A stretch of 64,000 bases of DNA. Origin: Candidatus Polarisedimenticolaceae bacterium. Its GTDB lineage: Bacteria; Acidobacteriota; Polarisedimenticolia; Polarisedimenticolales; DASRJG01. A model generated the notes under the pieces. It made no database searches. It was not told the DNA's origin and saw nothing but the letters and a program-made list of their open reading frames with translations. The first letter of the stretch is position 1. Every line of letters starts with the position of its first letter. A program made the translations under genes and the position numbers. The stretch lies in NCBI GenBank assembly GCA_035649595.1, contig DASRJG010000082.1:10141-74140 (forward strand). The letters are read 5' to 3'. This document shows positions 40,659-47,752 of this stretch, in pieces.

Positions 40659-41495
40659 TCAGAAGCGGAACACGGGCACGACCGCCACGTACCAGCCGCC
40701 GTTGAAGTCGGTGCCGGTGTCGAGTGCGAGGTCGATCCAGGGGCGCGGGGTGTAGGAGCCGCCGACGCCGAAGGTCCAGGGGTGCTCCGGTCCCTGGTCC
40801 ACCTCGAACGCGAGCGTTCCGCCGTCGGGATCGGCGACCGTTCCCGTCGCCTGCGCGAACGTGTCCCAATAGGTCCCGCTGATCCACGCGCGAATCGGAC
40901 GCGAGCCGGCCGTGCCGTGCCAGCCGCTGCGGAGCGAGGTCACGACCGCCTTGAACTCGTCGTCGAAGCCGAGGTCGGCGCGTGCGCCGTTGATGTCGGC
41001 CGCGAAGAAGAACGGACCGTAGCCGCCCGCGAGCGTGACGCCCAGGCCGCCCACGGTGCCGGTCATCTCGGTCGGAACGGCGAGCCGGCGCTGCCGCGGG
41101 CTCCCGCCCGGAAGCAGCGGCGGCAGCGTCACGTCGATGGTGGTCGTGGATTCGTTCCAGATGTAGCCCGCGATCGCGTACACGTTGAGGAACGGCAGGA
41201 GCCAGACGTCCGCCTTGAGATTGGCGTTGTCCACGCGCGAGGTCGAGCCGAGCTGAGCGAAGCCGCTCACGGACGAAGGGGTCGCGCCGTTGCGTCCGAC
41301 GCGGACGTCGCTGATCTCGATGGCGCGGTCGAGGTGGTAGTAGACGAGGCCGATCCCGAAAGGCGCGGGCAGCTCGATCCCGCGCTTGCGCGCTTCGTCG
41401 CCCAGGAACGGGAGCGTGCGCGACCCCGTCTCGTCGCCGGCGAGAGCGGGGGACGCGAGGGCGAGCAGCGCGGCCAGCACGATCGGGATCCGCAT
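40659..41495 (-). CDS. Outer-membrane beta-barrel protein, hypothetical
   Basis: Signal peptide MRIPIVLAALLALASPALA, beta-strand periodicity and a C-terminal VVPVFRF. The internal ATG at 41495 is preferred over the ORF-track start. Confidence 0.55.
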   Translation of the reverse strand: MRIPIVLAALLALASPALAGDETGSRTLPFLGDEARKRGIELPAPFGIGLVYYHLDRAIEISDVRVGRNGATPSSVSGFAQLGSTSRVDNANLKADVWLLPFLNVYAIAGYIWNESTTTIDVTLPPLLPGGSPRQRRLAVPTEMTGTVGGLGVTLAGGYGPFFFAADINGARADLGFDDEFKAVVTSLRSGWHGTAGSRPIRAWISGTYWDTFAQATGTVADPDGGTLAFEVDQGPEHPWTFGVGGSYTPRPWIDLALDTGTDFNGGWYVAVVPVFRF

Positions 41496-41568
41496 CGGGG
41501 CGGATGCTACACCGCGATCAGCCACCGACGTCGTTCGGAGCGGCGCGAGTGTGCGCTAATCTCGAGGA

Positions 41569-41931
41569 ATGAGCCCTTCCCCGACCCACCGCCGCATATG
41601 GACCGCACGCGGTCTCGCGGTGCTCGCCGACGTCGTTCAGATCGGCCTGGTCCCGCTGTTCGTCCAAGGCGGGCTCTCCGTCTTCGACGCGGTGCTCGAT
41701 GTCTTGATGGCGGGAATCCTCACAAGGTTGGTCGGCTGGCACTGGGCCTTCCTGCCGGCCTTCCTCGCCGAGCTCGTTCCCGGTCTCGACCTCGTTCCGT
41801 CGTGGACCGTCGCGGTTCTTCTCGCGACGCGCGGCCGGGCGGTGTCCGAACCGACGGTGGCCGAGGGTCGCGTGATCGACGTCGAGCCGGTGTTCGAGGA
41901 CCCCGACCAGCGCTCCACACGGAGTCCGTAA
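41569..41931 (+). CDS. Small membrane protein, hypothetical
   Basis: Three hydrophobic helices (LAVLADVVQIGLVPLF, VLDVLMAGILTRLVGW, AFLPAFLAELVP). No family recognised. Confidence 0.4.
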   Translation: MSPSPTHRRIWTARGLAVLADVVQIGLVPLFVQGGLSVFDAVLDVLMAGILTRLVGWHWAFLPAFLAELVPGLDLVPSWTVAVLLATRGRAVSEPTVAEGRVIDVEPVFEDPDQRSTRSP

Positions 41932-41942
41932 GCCGCGGTCTC

Positions 41943-42455
41943 TCAGTACTGGAAGCCGATGACGACCGGGATGAACGACGACTTCGGGTCCGTCTGGTAC
42001 TGCAGGTACATCGCCTCCAAGTAGACGCGCCTCTTGATCACGATGCCCGCGCCTCCCTGAAGGGTCCAGTCCCACTCCGAGGAGCGTACGAATGAGCCCG
42101 AGAGCGGCCCCGGACGGGTGAAGGTGGCGCGGCCGTAACCCGCGCCGGCGAAGACGTAGCCGAACGTCTCCCGTCTGCCGAACCGTGCGAGCCCCTCGAC
42201 GTCGAAGCCGAATGCCCGGCCGCCGTCGATCGCGCCGTGCGCCGTCGTGTCGCCGTAGTAGACCCCGGCCCGGCCCCCGAACACCTCTCTCGCGAACACG
42301 GTGCGCGCCTGGAGGTACCAGGACGTGTCGTTCGTGTCCTCGAGGTCGCCGCTCGGGATGAACGCGCCGACTCCAAGCCCCGACGCGCGTCCGTCGTAGG
42401 CGGCGGCTGCGGTCGACACGATCGCGCCGAGAGCCAGAGCGAGACGAGCTTTCAT
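41943..42455 (-). CDS. Small outer-membrane beta-barrel protein
   Basis: Signal peptide MKARLALALGAIVSTAAA, alternating strands and a C-terminal VVIGFQY. Confidence 0.6.
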   Translation of the reverse strand: MKARLALALGAIVSTAAAAYDGRASGLGVGAFIPSGDLEDTNDTSWYLQARTVFAREVFGGRAGVYYGDTTAHGAIDGGRAFGFDVEGLARFGRRETFGYVFAGAGYGRATFTRPGPLSGSFVRSSEWDWTLQGGAGIVIKRRVYLEAMYLQYQTDPKSSFIPVVIGFQY

Positions 42456-42492
42456 GGCGAACCCTCCTCGTGAGAGACAGAGCCTACGCCTG

Positions 42493-43227
42493 TCAGACGA
42501 TCTTCGTCGCTCTGCAGAACAGCATGCGCTGGTCGAACTTGTAGCTGTCGCGATTCCTCATCCCTTGCGGGAAGAACCTGTCGAACGGGGGAATCTCCAT
42601 GAGGGGACTGAAGAGTCCCGCGCCGTCCATCTCGTCGACCCGGAAGCCGTTGTCGCTCAAGAGCGATCGCATCTCCGCTTCGGTGAAGTGCTGGTGCCAG
42701 CTCTTTTCCTTTTCGACGTTGCCGACCAGGCCGTACGGGTTGTCGACGTAGCGATATCGGTACTCTTCGGCGGAATGCCGCATCCGGTAGAAGACCCGGT
42801 GCATCCTCGGGAATACGAACTTGAGGTTTCCGGCATCGAGAAAGGAGAGGATGTTCTTCTTCGGCGTCGAGACGATCAGAGTTCCGCCCGGCTTCAGCAC
42901 GCGATGGATCTCTCGAAGCACGGCCGATTGGTCGTGGATGTGCTCGAGCACTTCGAAGATGGTGGCGACGTCGAAGGAGTCGGCCTCGAAGGGTAGCCTT
43001 TCGCGTATCGGCTGTATCGAAAAGGGCTCGCCGTTCGCCTTCGTAAGGTCAGCGTCCTTGTCGACTCCGTGGTAGTCGACCTTCTTCCATCTCAGTAGGT
43101 TCTTGCCAAACCAACCGTCGCCACACCCGTAGTCGAGCAACCGGACGCCCTCGTGGATGTGTTCGAACCCGAAGGCAAACCGCGGAATGTCGTAGAACGG
43201 GTTCGTCTTCTCGATGACACGACGCAT
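42493..43227 (-). CDS. Class I SAM-dependent methyltransferase
   Basis: Motif I LLDYGCGDGWFG, FDVATIFEVLEHI and VLKPGGTLIVSTP. The gene is visibly less G+C-rich than the core genes. Confidence 0.75.
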   Translation of the reverse strand: MRRVIEKTNPFYDIPRFAFGFEHIHEGVRLLDYGCGDGWFGKNLLRWKKVDYHGVDKDADLTKANGEPFSIQPIRERLPFEADSFDVATIFEVLEHIHDQSAVLREIHRVLKPGGTLIVSTPKKNILSFLDAGNLKFVFPRMHRVFYRMRHSAEEYRYRYVDNPYGLVGNVEKEKSWHQHFTEAEMRSLLSDNGFRVDEMDGAGLFSPLMEIPPFDRFFPQGMRNRDSYKFDQRMLFCRATKIV

Positions 43228-43404
43228 GTCATTTCTCCGCGCGGCCGAGTAATGCCCATGATCTCCCCAGTTTATTGGCGTCGCATTCTATCCCTTTCAC
43301 TCACATGAGCGGCCCCTGAACGCGATGGCCCCTTCCCGACCTCGCGCTCATTCGTCGCTTGACAGGCTTTCCGGTCAACTGACCGATCTATACTCGAGGG
43401 CTCC

Positions 43405-44343
43405 ATGAGAGCCCTTCCCCTGATCGCGGTCTTGCTCTTCGCGACGTCCGCCTGGGCGCACCCCGGCGTCGGCATCGTCGAGGACTCGAAGGGGAACGTC
43501 TTTTACACCGACCTGAAGCAGGTGTGGAGGATCGCCCCGGACGGGACCAAGTCGGTCGCGGTCCCCGACGTGCACACGCACGAGCTCTGCCTCGACGCCG
43601 AGGACACGCTGTACGGCGAGCACCTCTGGTACGAGGGGGACGCGACCAAGAAATGGGGGCACCGGGTCTGGAGCCGCACGCGCGAAGGCGTGATCCGCGA
43701 CGTGATCCCGGCGCGCGAAGGGTTCCTCGACGACTACAGCTTCGTGCGCGACGGGACGGGGACGATGTACTGGGCCGACCGCGGCGCGACGGCGGTGATC
43801 CGCAAGCGCGCGCCGGGGGGCGCGATCGGGGTCCACTCGACGGGGCCTTTTCGCGACGTCAGATGGATGACCGCGAGCGCCGACGGGATCGTCTACCTCG
43901 TGGACGGGACGCGCCTCGTCAAGATCCAGCCCGATGGGAAGGCGGCCACGCTTCTCGCATCGGTAACGAAGAAGGCGTTGGGAGCGTCGGAGCATTTCCA
44001 GGGCGGGCTCTGGACGGGACCCGGCGGCTCGGTCTACGTCGCGGTGCCGGAGGACCGGGTCGTGCTCGAGGTGAAGCCCGACGGATCGACCCGGGTCGCC
44101 GCGCGCAGCCCGATGCTCTGGGCGGCCTACGGTGGGATGATCGACCGCCGCGGCAACCTGTGGCTGCTCGAGACTTCGATCGTCAACGCCGTCCGCGTGC
44201 GTCGGATCGGCAAGGACGGGAAAGAGGAGACGGTGGCATGGCGGAACAGAAGACCAAGGCGACCGGCGCCTCCGTGGACGAGTTCATCGGCGGCATCGCC
44301 GACGAGGGCCGCCGGGAGGACTGCAAGACCCTCGTCAAGCTGA
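43405..44343 (+). CDS. Secreted beta-propeller-like protein (NHL/SMP-30-like repeats)
   Basis: Signal peptide, then repeats of the type GNVFYTDLKQVWRIAPDGT, GTMYWADRG and GIVYLVDGTRLVKIQPDG. The last roughly 35 codons overlap the next gene, so the true 3' end is uncertain. Confidence 0.5.
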   Translation: MRALPLIAVLLFATSAWAHPGVGIVEDSKGNVFYTDLKQVWRIAPDGTKSVAVPDVHTHELCLDAEDTLYGEHLWYEGDATKKWGHRVWSRTREGVIRDVIPAREGFLDDYSFVRDGTGTMYWADRGATAVIRKRAPGGAIGVHSTGPFRDVRWMTASADGIVYLVDGTRLVKIQPDGKAATLLASVTKKALGASEHFQGGLWTGPGGSVYVAVPEDRVVLEVKPDGSTRVAARSPMLWAAYGGMIDRRGNLWLLETSIVNAVRVRRIGKDGKEETVAWRNRRPRRPAPPWTSSSAASPTRAAGRTARPSSS

Positions 44344-44651
44344 TGAAGAAGGCGACCGGCGCCAAGCCGGCGATGTGGGGGCCGTCGATCGTCGGCTTCG
44401 GCAGCTACCACTACAAGTACGCCAGCGGGCACGAGGGGGATTCCTGCCTCGTCGGCTTCGCCCCGCGCAAGAACGAGCTGAGCATCTACATCATGAGCGG
44501 CTTCGACGGCCATGCGGCGCTGCTGAAGAAGCTGGGGAAGCACAAAACGGCGAAGGCTTGCCTTTACGTCAAGAAGCTCGACGACGTCGACCTCGGCGTG
44601 CTCGAGGAGCTGGTCCGCCGCTCGGTCGCCCACGTCAAGACGAAGCACTAA
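44238..44651 (+). CDS. DUF1801 (YdhG-like) domain protein
   Basis: SVDEFIGGIADEGRREDCKTLVKLMKKATGAKPAMWGPSIVGFGSYHYKY fits the DUF1801 pattern. AGGAGA RBS at 44224. Confidence 0.75.
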   Translation: MAEQKTKATGASVDEFIGGIADEGRREDCKTLVKLMKKATGAKPAMWGPSIVGFGSYHYKYASGHEGDSCLVGFAPRKNELSIYIMSGFDGHAALLKKLGKHKTAKACLYVKKLDDVDLGVLEELVRRSVAHVKTKH

Positions 44652-44672
44652 CTCGAAAACCGTCCGCGAGCG

Positions 44673-44710
44673 CCACACGATTCGCTCCATCGTGAATCGC
44701 CGTACATTCC
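44673..44710 (+). repeat. Leader repeat R, copy 0 (5'-truncated)
   Basis: ccacacgattcgctccatcgtgaatcgccgtacattcc is near-identical to the cores at 46043-46080 and 47681-47718. Confidence 0.8.
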
Positions 44711-44743
44711 GCGCCGGCTCACCGTTCGGTGCCCGCGAACTAG
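44711..44743 (+). pseudogene. Internally deleted remnant of the propeller-like module gene (leader joined to the last codons ...VPAN*)
   Basis: After repeat R the sequence jumps to gtgcccgcgaacTAG, identical to the last 15 nt of gene B (48875-48889). A similar spacer and the tRNA tail follow. Confidence 0.5.
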
Positions 44744-44755
44744 ATCGGTACCGCG

Positions 44756-44798
44756 TGGTGCCGAAGGGGGGACTCGAACCCTTGCGCCCACGAGATCC
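44756..44798 (-). repeat. tRNA-Leu(CAG) 3'-fragment 1 (att-like direct repeat, decayed)
   Basis: tggtgccgaaggggggactcgaaccc/ttgcgcccacGagatcc matches the tRNA 3' end from CCA into the anticodon loop, with an 8-nt variable-arm deletion and one substitution. Confidence 0.85.
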
Positions 44799-44810
44799 CC
44801 GCGGCCGGTG

Positions 44811-45275
44811 TCAGCGCGTGAGCGGAATCGTCTTCGCGAGCTCGAAGTTGATGATCGCGTCCAGCTTGTTCTCGAGCTGGAAGAAGCGGGTGACCTTCGG
44901 GGCGGGAAGAAGGTTCCGGAACACGCCGGCGTACTTCTTCTTGACCGCGACGTCCTTGGCCTTGATGTCCAAGTACTCGGTCAGGAGCCGGTTTGCCTGC
45001 TCATCGCTCAGCGTCCCGCCGGCGGAGGTGAACTCCGTGACGACCTTGACGAGCCGGTCTCCGAGACGGGCCATGTCCAGCCGGTAGTCCCGGTACGCCG
45101 GCCAGAACGCCAGGCTCTCGTCTTCGGTCAGCTTCATGGCGTCGGCGATGATCGTTTGCCGCGCCGTCTGGACCTTGGCACGCGTCAGCTCGATGTCCGT
45201 GCCCGTCTGGCCGAGTGCGGGAGCCGCGGACCCGACCAGGAGCAGCAAGGCGAGAGAGCAACCAGCGATCTTCAA
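44811..45275 (-). CDS. Secreted alpha-helical hypothetical protein
   Basis: Signal peptide (LALLLLVGSAAPALGQ) followed by helix-prone sequence (FWPAYRDYRLDMARL...KKKYAGVFRNLL...FFQLENKLDAI). No family recognised. Confidence 0.5.
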   Translation of the reverse strand: MKIAGCSLALLLLVGSAAPALGQTGTDIELTRAKVQTARQTIIADAMKLTEDESLAFWPAYRDYRLDMARLGDRLVKVVTEFTSAGGTLSDEQANRLLTEYLDIKAKDVAVKKKYAGVFRNLLPAPKVTRFFQLENKLDAIINFELAKTIPLTR

Positions 45276-45296
45276 GATGATGGCTCTCCCTTCGAC

Positions 45297-45671
45297 CTAT
45301 TCCGTTCCACAGACGACGCAGCGGGCAACCTTGAAGCTCGTGTCCACGAGCGTGCTGTCGCGGGCGATGCGAAGGTTCACCTTGTGAGTGCTCGCGTGGT
45401 TTGAGACCTTGCGCGATCCCCGGCGCGTCGACCGGATCTCCTCGCCGTTGAAGAGCCTCTCGGTGATGGTGGCATCGACGTAGACCGTGGCGCAGGCCTC
45501 GTGAGTGTCCACCTCGACGAGGAAGACCTTCGTCACGACTTCGTCCGTGATCTGATCGACCCCCGGCGTCGCTCGCACGTCCGCGTTGCATGTGGTGGCC
45601 CGAGCGGATGGGGCGAGCGTCCAGATCGCCGCGACGATGGCGAGCGCGCGAACGATCCGAGGCACTTTCAT
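45297..45671 (-). CDS. Small secreted Cys-containing hypothetical protein
   Basis: Signal peptide MKVPRIVRALAIVAAIWTLAPSARA and four Cys residues, including a C-terminal CVVCG. No family recognised. Confidence 0.5.
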   Translation of the reverse strand: MKVPRIVRALAIVAAIWTLAPSARATTCNADVRATPGVDQITDEVVTKVFLVEVDTHEACATVYVDATITERLFNGEEIRSTRRGSRKVSNHASTHKVNLRIARDSTLVDTSFKVARCVVCGTE

Positions 45672-45912
45672 TGCATCCTCCGTCGCGAATCAGGTCGTCA
45701 CGCCGGAATCTAGGCGGGAACGGCGGCAAGAGCAAGGACGGAGCAAGGCGTCATCCGCGGGAGCCCGCGGCGGACTCCACGGGCATACCCATTCGCACCC
45801 TCGCCATGGTGTTCAAGCGCACCTCACGAACGCGGTCAACGTGCTTGCGGCGACTCTCAATCGACCCGCCAAGCAGTAACGACGACGTAGACGGCGATGA
45901 AGCTGAGTTCAG

Positions 45913-45969
45913 TGGTGCCGAAGGGGGGACTCGAACCCCCGCGGGCTTGCGCCCACTAGATCCTGAATC
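45913..45969 (-). repeat. tRNA-Leu(CAG) 3'-fragment 2 (57-nt exact att-like direct repeat)
   Basis: Identical to 48907-48963, running from the CCA end through the T arm and variable arm into the anticodon loop. Identity ends 2 nt into the 5' strand of the anticodon stem. Confidence 0.95.
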
Positions 45970-46009
45970 GCCCGAAAACTGAGAAACGACGCTGTTTCAA
46001 CAGCAGAAT

Positions 46010-46080
46010 GACACCATGACACGGCGTTCCACCACACTTCCACCACACGATTCGCTCCATCGTGAATCGAGGTACATTCC
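46010..46080 (+). repeat. Leader repeat R, copy 1 (contains tandem 11-mer ttccaccacac x2)
   Basis: gacaccatgacacGgcgttccaccacac[ttccaccacac]gAttcgctccatcgtgaatcgAggtacattcc, compared with copy 2 at 47659-47718. TACATT -10-like hexamer at 46073-46078. Confidence 0.85.
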
Positions 46081-46117
46081 ACGGCAGATCACGGTTGGTC
46101 TCGAAGGGGAGGGGCTC

Positions 46118-47257
46118 ATGCAGAGACTCGCCATCATTCTTGCCTCGCTGTTTTCCTTCCTTCTCACCCTCAGCGCCGCGTCGGCCGCTGATCCGACCCC
46201 GATCGCGCTCGGGTACGTCGGGCTCGTCGACATTGCACCGACCGCGACAGGTTACGCCGCCGTGTATGTCGATTTCGCCAACGGCGACATTCTGTTCCGG
46301 CGTCTGGACGCGACCGGCCGGCCGGGGCCGGAGGTCGTGCTCGGCCCCCTCTTCGAGTACCCCTATCCCTTCGAGCTCGCGATCGTGCCGGAGGGCAAGG
46401 GGTTCGTCGTGTACGCGTCCGGCCGGGCACGCACGATCAGAGCGCTTCCGATCGATGCCAACGGCCAGCCGAGGGGCACGGTGAAGGAGCTGGCGAGATA
46501 CGACACCGATTGGGACGTCGTCGATGCCGGAGGCTCGCACCTGCTCGTCTACAACACCTTTCGTACCGGGTTCCATGTCTTCTCCCAGGTGGTTCGGCTC
46601 GACGGCTCGCCCGCGGGCGATCCGAACCCGCTCGCCGTGTCGCCGGACATCGGCTTCATCACTTCCGGATTCATGGACGACGTGGGGGTCGCGTTGACCG
46701 ACCGGGGGTTCCTCGCCGCGTGGTCGGTGTATACCCTCCGCACCGTGAACTCGCGCCCTCTGCGGAGCAACGGGCGCGGCGACGGTCCCGGCCCCGAGAC
46801 CGTCGCCGCGGGCGATTGCTCGCGGGGAGCCGTGACCTACGGCGGCACGGGTGACGGCGCGGTCATCTACGCGACCTGCGCGTCGCCGCAGCTGGCCCTT
46901 CGACTGCACGGCCCGAGTGAGTACGCCGATCCCATCCCGCTCGACATCGACGGCCGCACCGTTTTCACGGGCTTTTTCGAGATCGACCTCGCCGCGGACG
47001 GACCGCGGGACGAGGTCGGTGTCCTGGTGGCCACGATGCCGCCCGAATCGGATCCGGACGATCCGATCTGGGTGTTCGGTCGATACGACGCCGGGGGCAA
47101 GAGGCTCTCGCCGCTGCTCGACCTGAGCGCCGCCTACGGCGTGTTCGGCTCCGGCGTGCACGTGAGGTGGGACGCCCGGCGATCGACCTACGTCCTGTCG
47201 TGGACGGGCACGGGCCCGCAGGGAGATGGGGTCTACACCCTGAGGGTGCCGCGCTGA
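46118..47257 (+). CDS. Secreted repeat (about 7-bladed, propeller-like) protein, paralog A
   Basis: Signal peptide MQRLAIILASLFSFLLTLSAASA and about seven repeats of the form ...GF.VVY/AAW...(L/I)D..G.P.G... GGGGAGGGG RBS. Paralogous to 47753-48889. Confidence 0.7.
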   Translation: MQRLAIILASLFSFLLTLSAASAADPTPIALGYVGLVDIAPTATGYAAVYVDFANGDILFRRLDATGRPGPEVVLGPLFEYPYPFELAIVPEGKGFVVYASGRARTIRALPIDANGQPRGTVKELARYDTDWDVVDAGGSHLLVYNTFRTGFHVFSQVVRLDGSPAGDPNPLAVSPDIGFITSGFMDDVGVALTDRGFLAAWSVYTLRTVNSRPLRSNGRGDGPGPETVAAGDCSRGAVTYGGTGDGAVIYATCASPQLALRLHGPSEYADPIPLDIDGRTVFTGFFEIDLAADGPRDEVGVLVATMPPESDPDDPIWVFGRYDAGGKRLSPLLDLSAAYGVFGSGVHVRWDARRSTYVLSWTGTGPQGDGVYTLRVPR

Positions 47258-47601
47258 GCGTCGGGGTTTCGACTTGGTGGTGCCGAAGGGGGGACTCCAA
47301 TTACCCGGAACGCGAGGTCGCTCCCGCACGCGCCGTTGGCGCCTGAAATCCCGAGAGCTCTGGGCCGCGGTGTCTTGCAGTAACCGAGGCAATCCCTGTC
47401 ACCACGGCGTGGGTTGCATTGGTCGCCGGGGACGTCGACGCAGACGAAGCCCGCCGGACAGGCATCGCCACCCGGCTCCCCTCCGCAGTACACGCGCGGT
47501 GGCGGATCGGCCGTGACCGTCGGCGCCAGCAGGCTCATCGCGCCGAGCGTCCCGGTGGCCAGCGCGACCGCGATCATCAACGATCGACCGATCTTCCTCA
47601 T
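47233..47601 (-). CDS. Small secreted 6-Cys protein with a junction-derived C-terminus
   Basis: Signal peptide MRKIGRSLMIAVALATGTLGA and motif CGGEPGGDACPAGFVCVDVPGDQCNPRRGDRDCLGYC. The ORF then reads through tRNA fragment 3 (GVPPSAP) and into the antisense of gene A before its stop. Confidence 0.45.
   Translation of the reverse strand: MRKIGRSLMIAVALATGTLGAMSLLAPTVTADPPPRVYCGGEPGGDACPAGFVCVDVPGDQCNPRRGDRDCLGYCKTPRPRALGISGANGACGSDLAFRVIGVPPSAPPSRNPDAQRGTLRV
47278..47297 (-). repeat. tRNA-Leu(CAG) 3'-fragment 3 (20 nt, acceptor plus 3' T-stem)
   Basis: tggtgccgaaggggggactc is identical to 48907-48926. Similarity stops in the T loop. Confidence 0.8.
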
Positions 47602-47658
47602 GGCGACTCGTCCTTCACCTCGTTCGCCCGTGTCCTCGGCCGCGCGGACCCATGCCGG

Positions 47659-47718
47659 GACACCATGACACAGCGTTCCACCACACGGTTCGCTCCATCG
47701 TGAATCGCGGTACATTCC
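47659..47718 (+). repeat. Leader repeat R, copy 2
   Basis: gacaccatgacacAgcgttccaccacacgGttcgctccatcgtgaatcgCggtacattcc. TACATT at 47711-47716, 37 nt before the ATG at 47753. Confidence 0.85.
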
Positions 47719-47752
47719 ACCGCAGTTCGCGGATCGCTCCGATGGAGGGGAT

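Noticed and set aside
45956-46063. A small minus-strand ORF starting MERIVWW inside each R repeat (34 aa in copy 1, ending in tRNA fragment 2)
   Set aside because: Only the first 5-7 codons are shared among the three copies. Downstream sequence and length differ completely because of the 11-nt indel, so the conservation is at the nucleotide level, not the protein level.
44756-47297. The three tRNA-like segments as additional tRNA genes or tRNA pseudogenes
   Set aside because: Each lacks the 5' acceptor strand, the D arm and the 5' anticodon stem. They are 3' partial copies of the neighbouring tRNA-Leu and are better explained as att-type or duplication scars.
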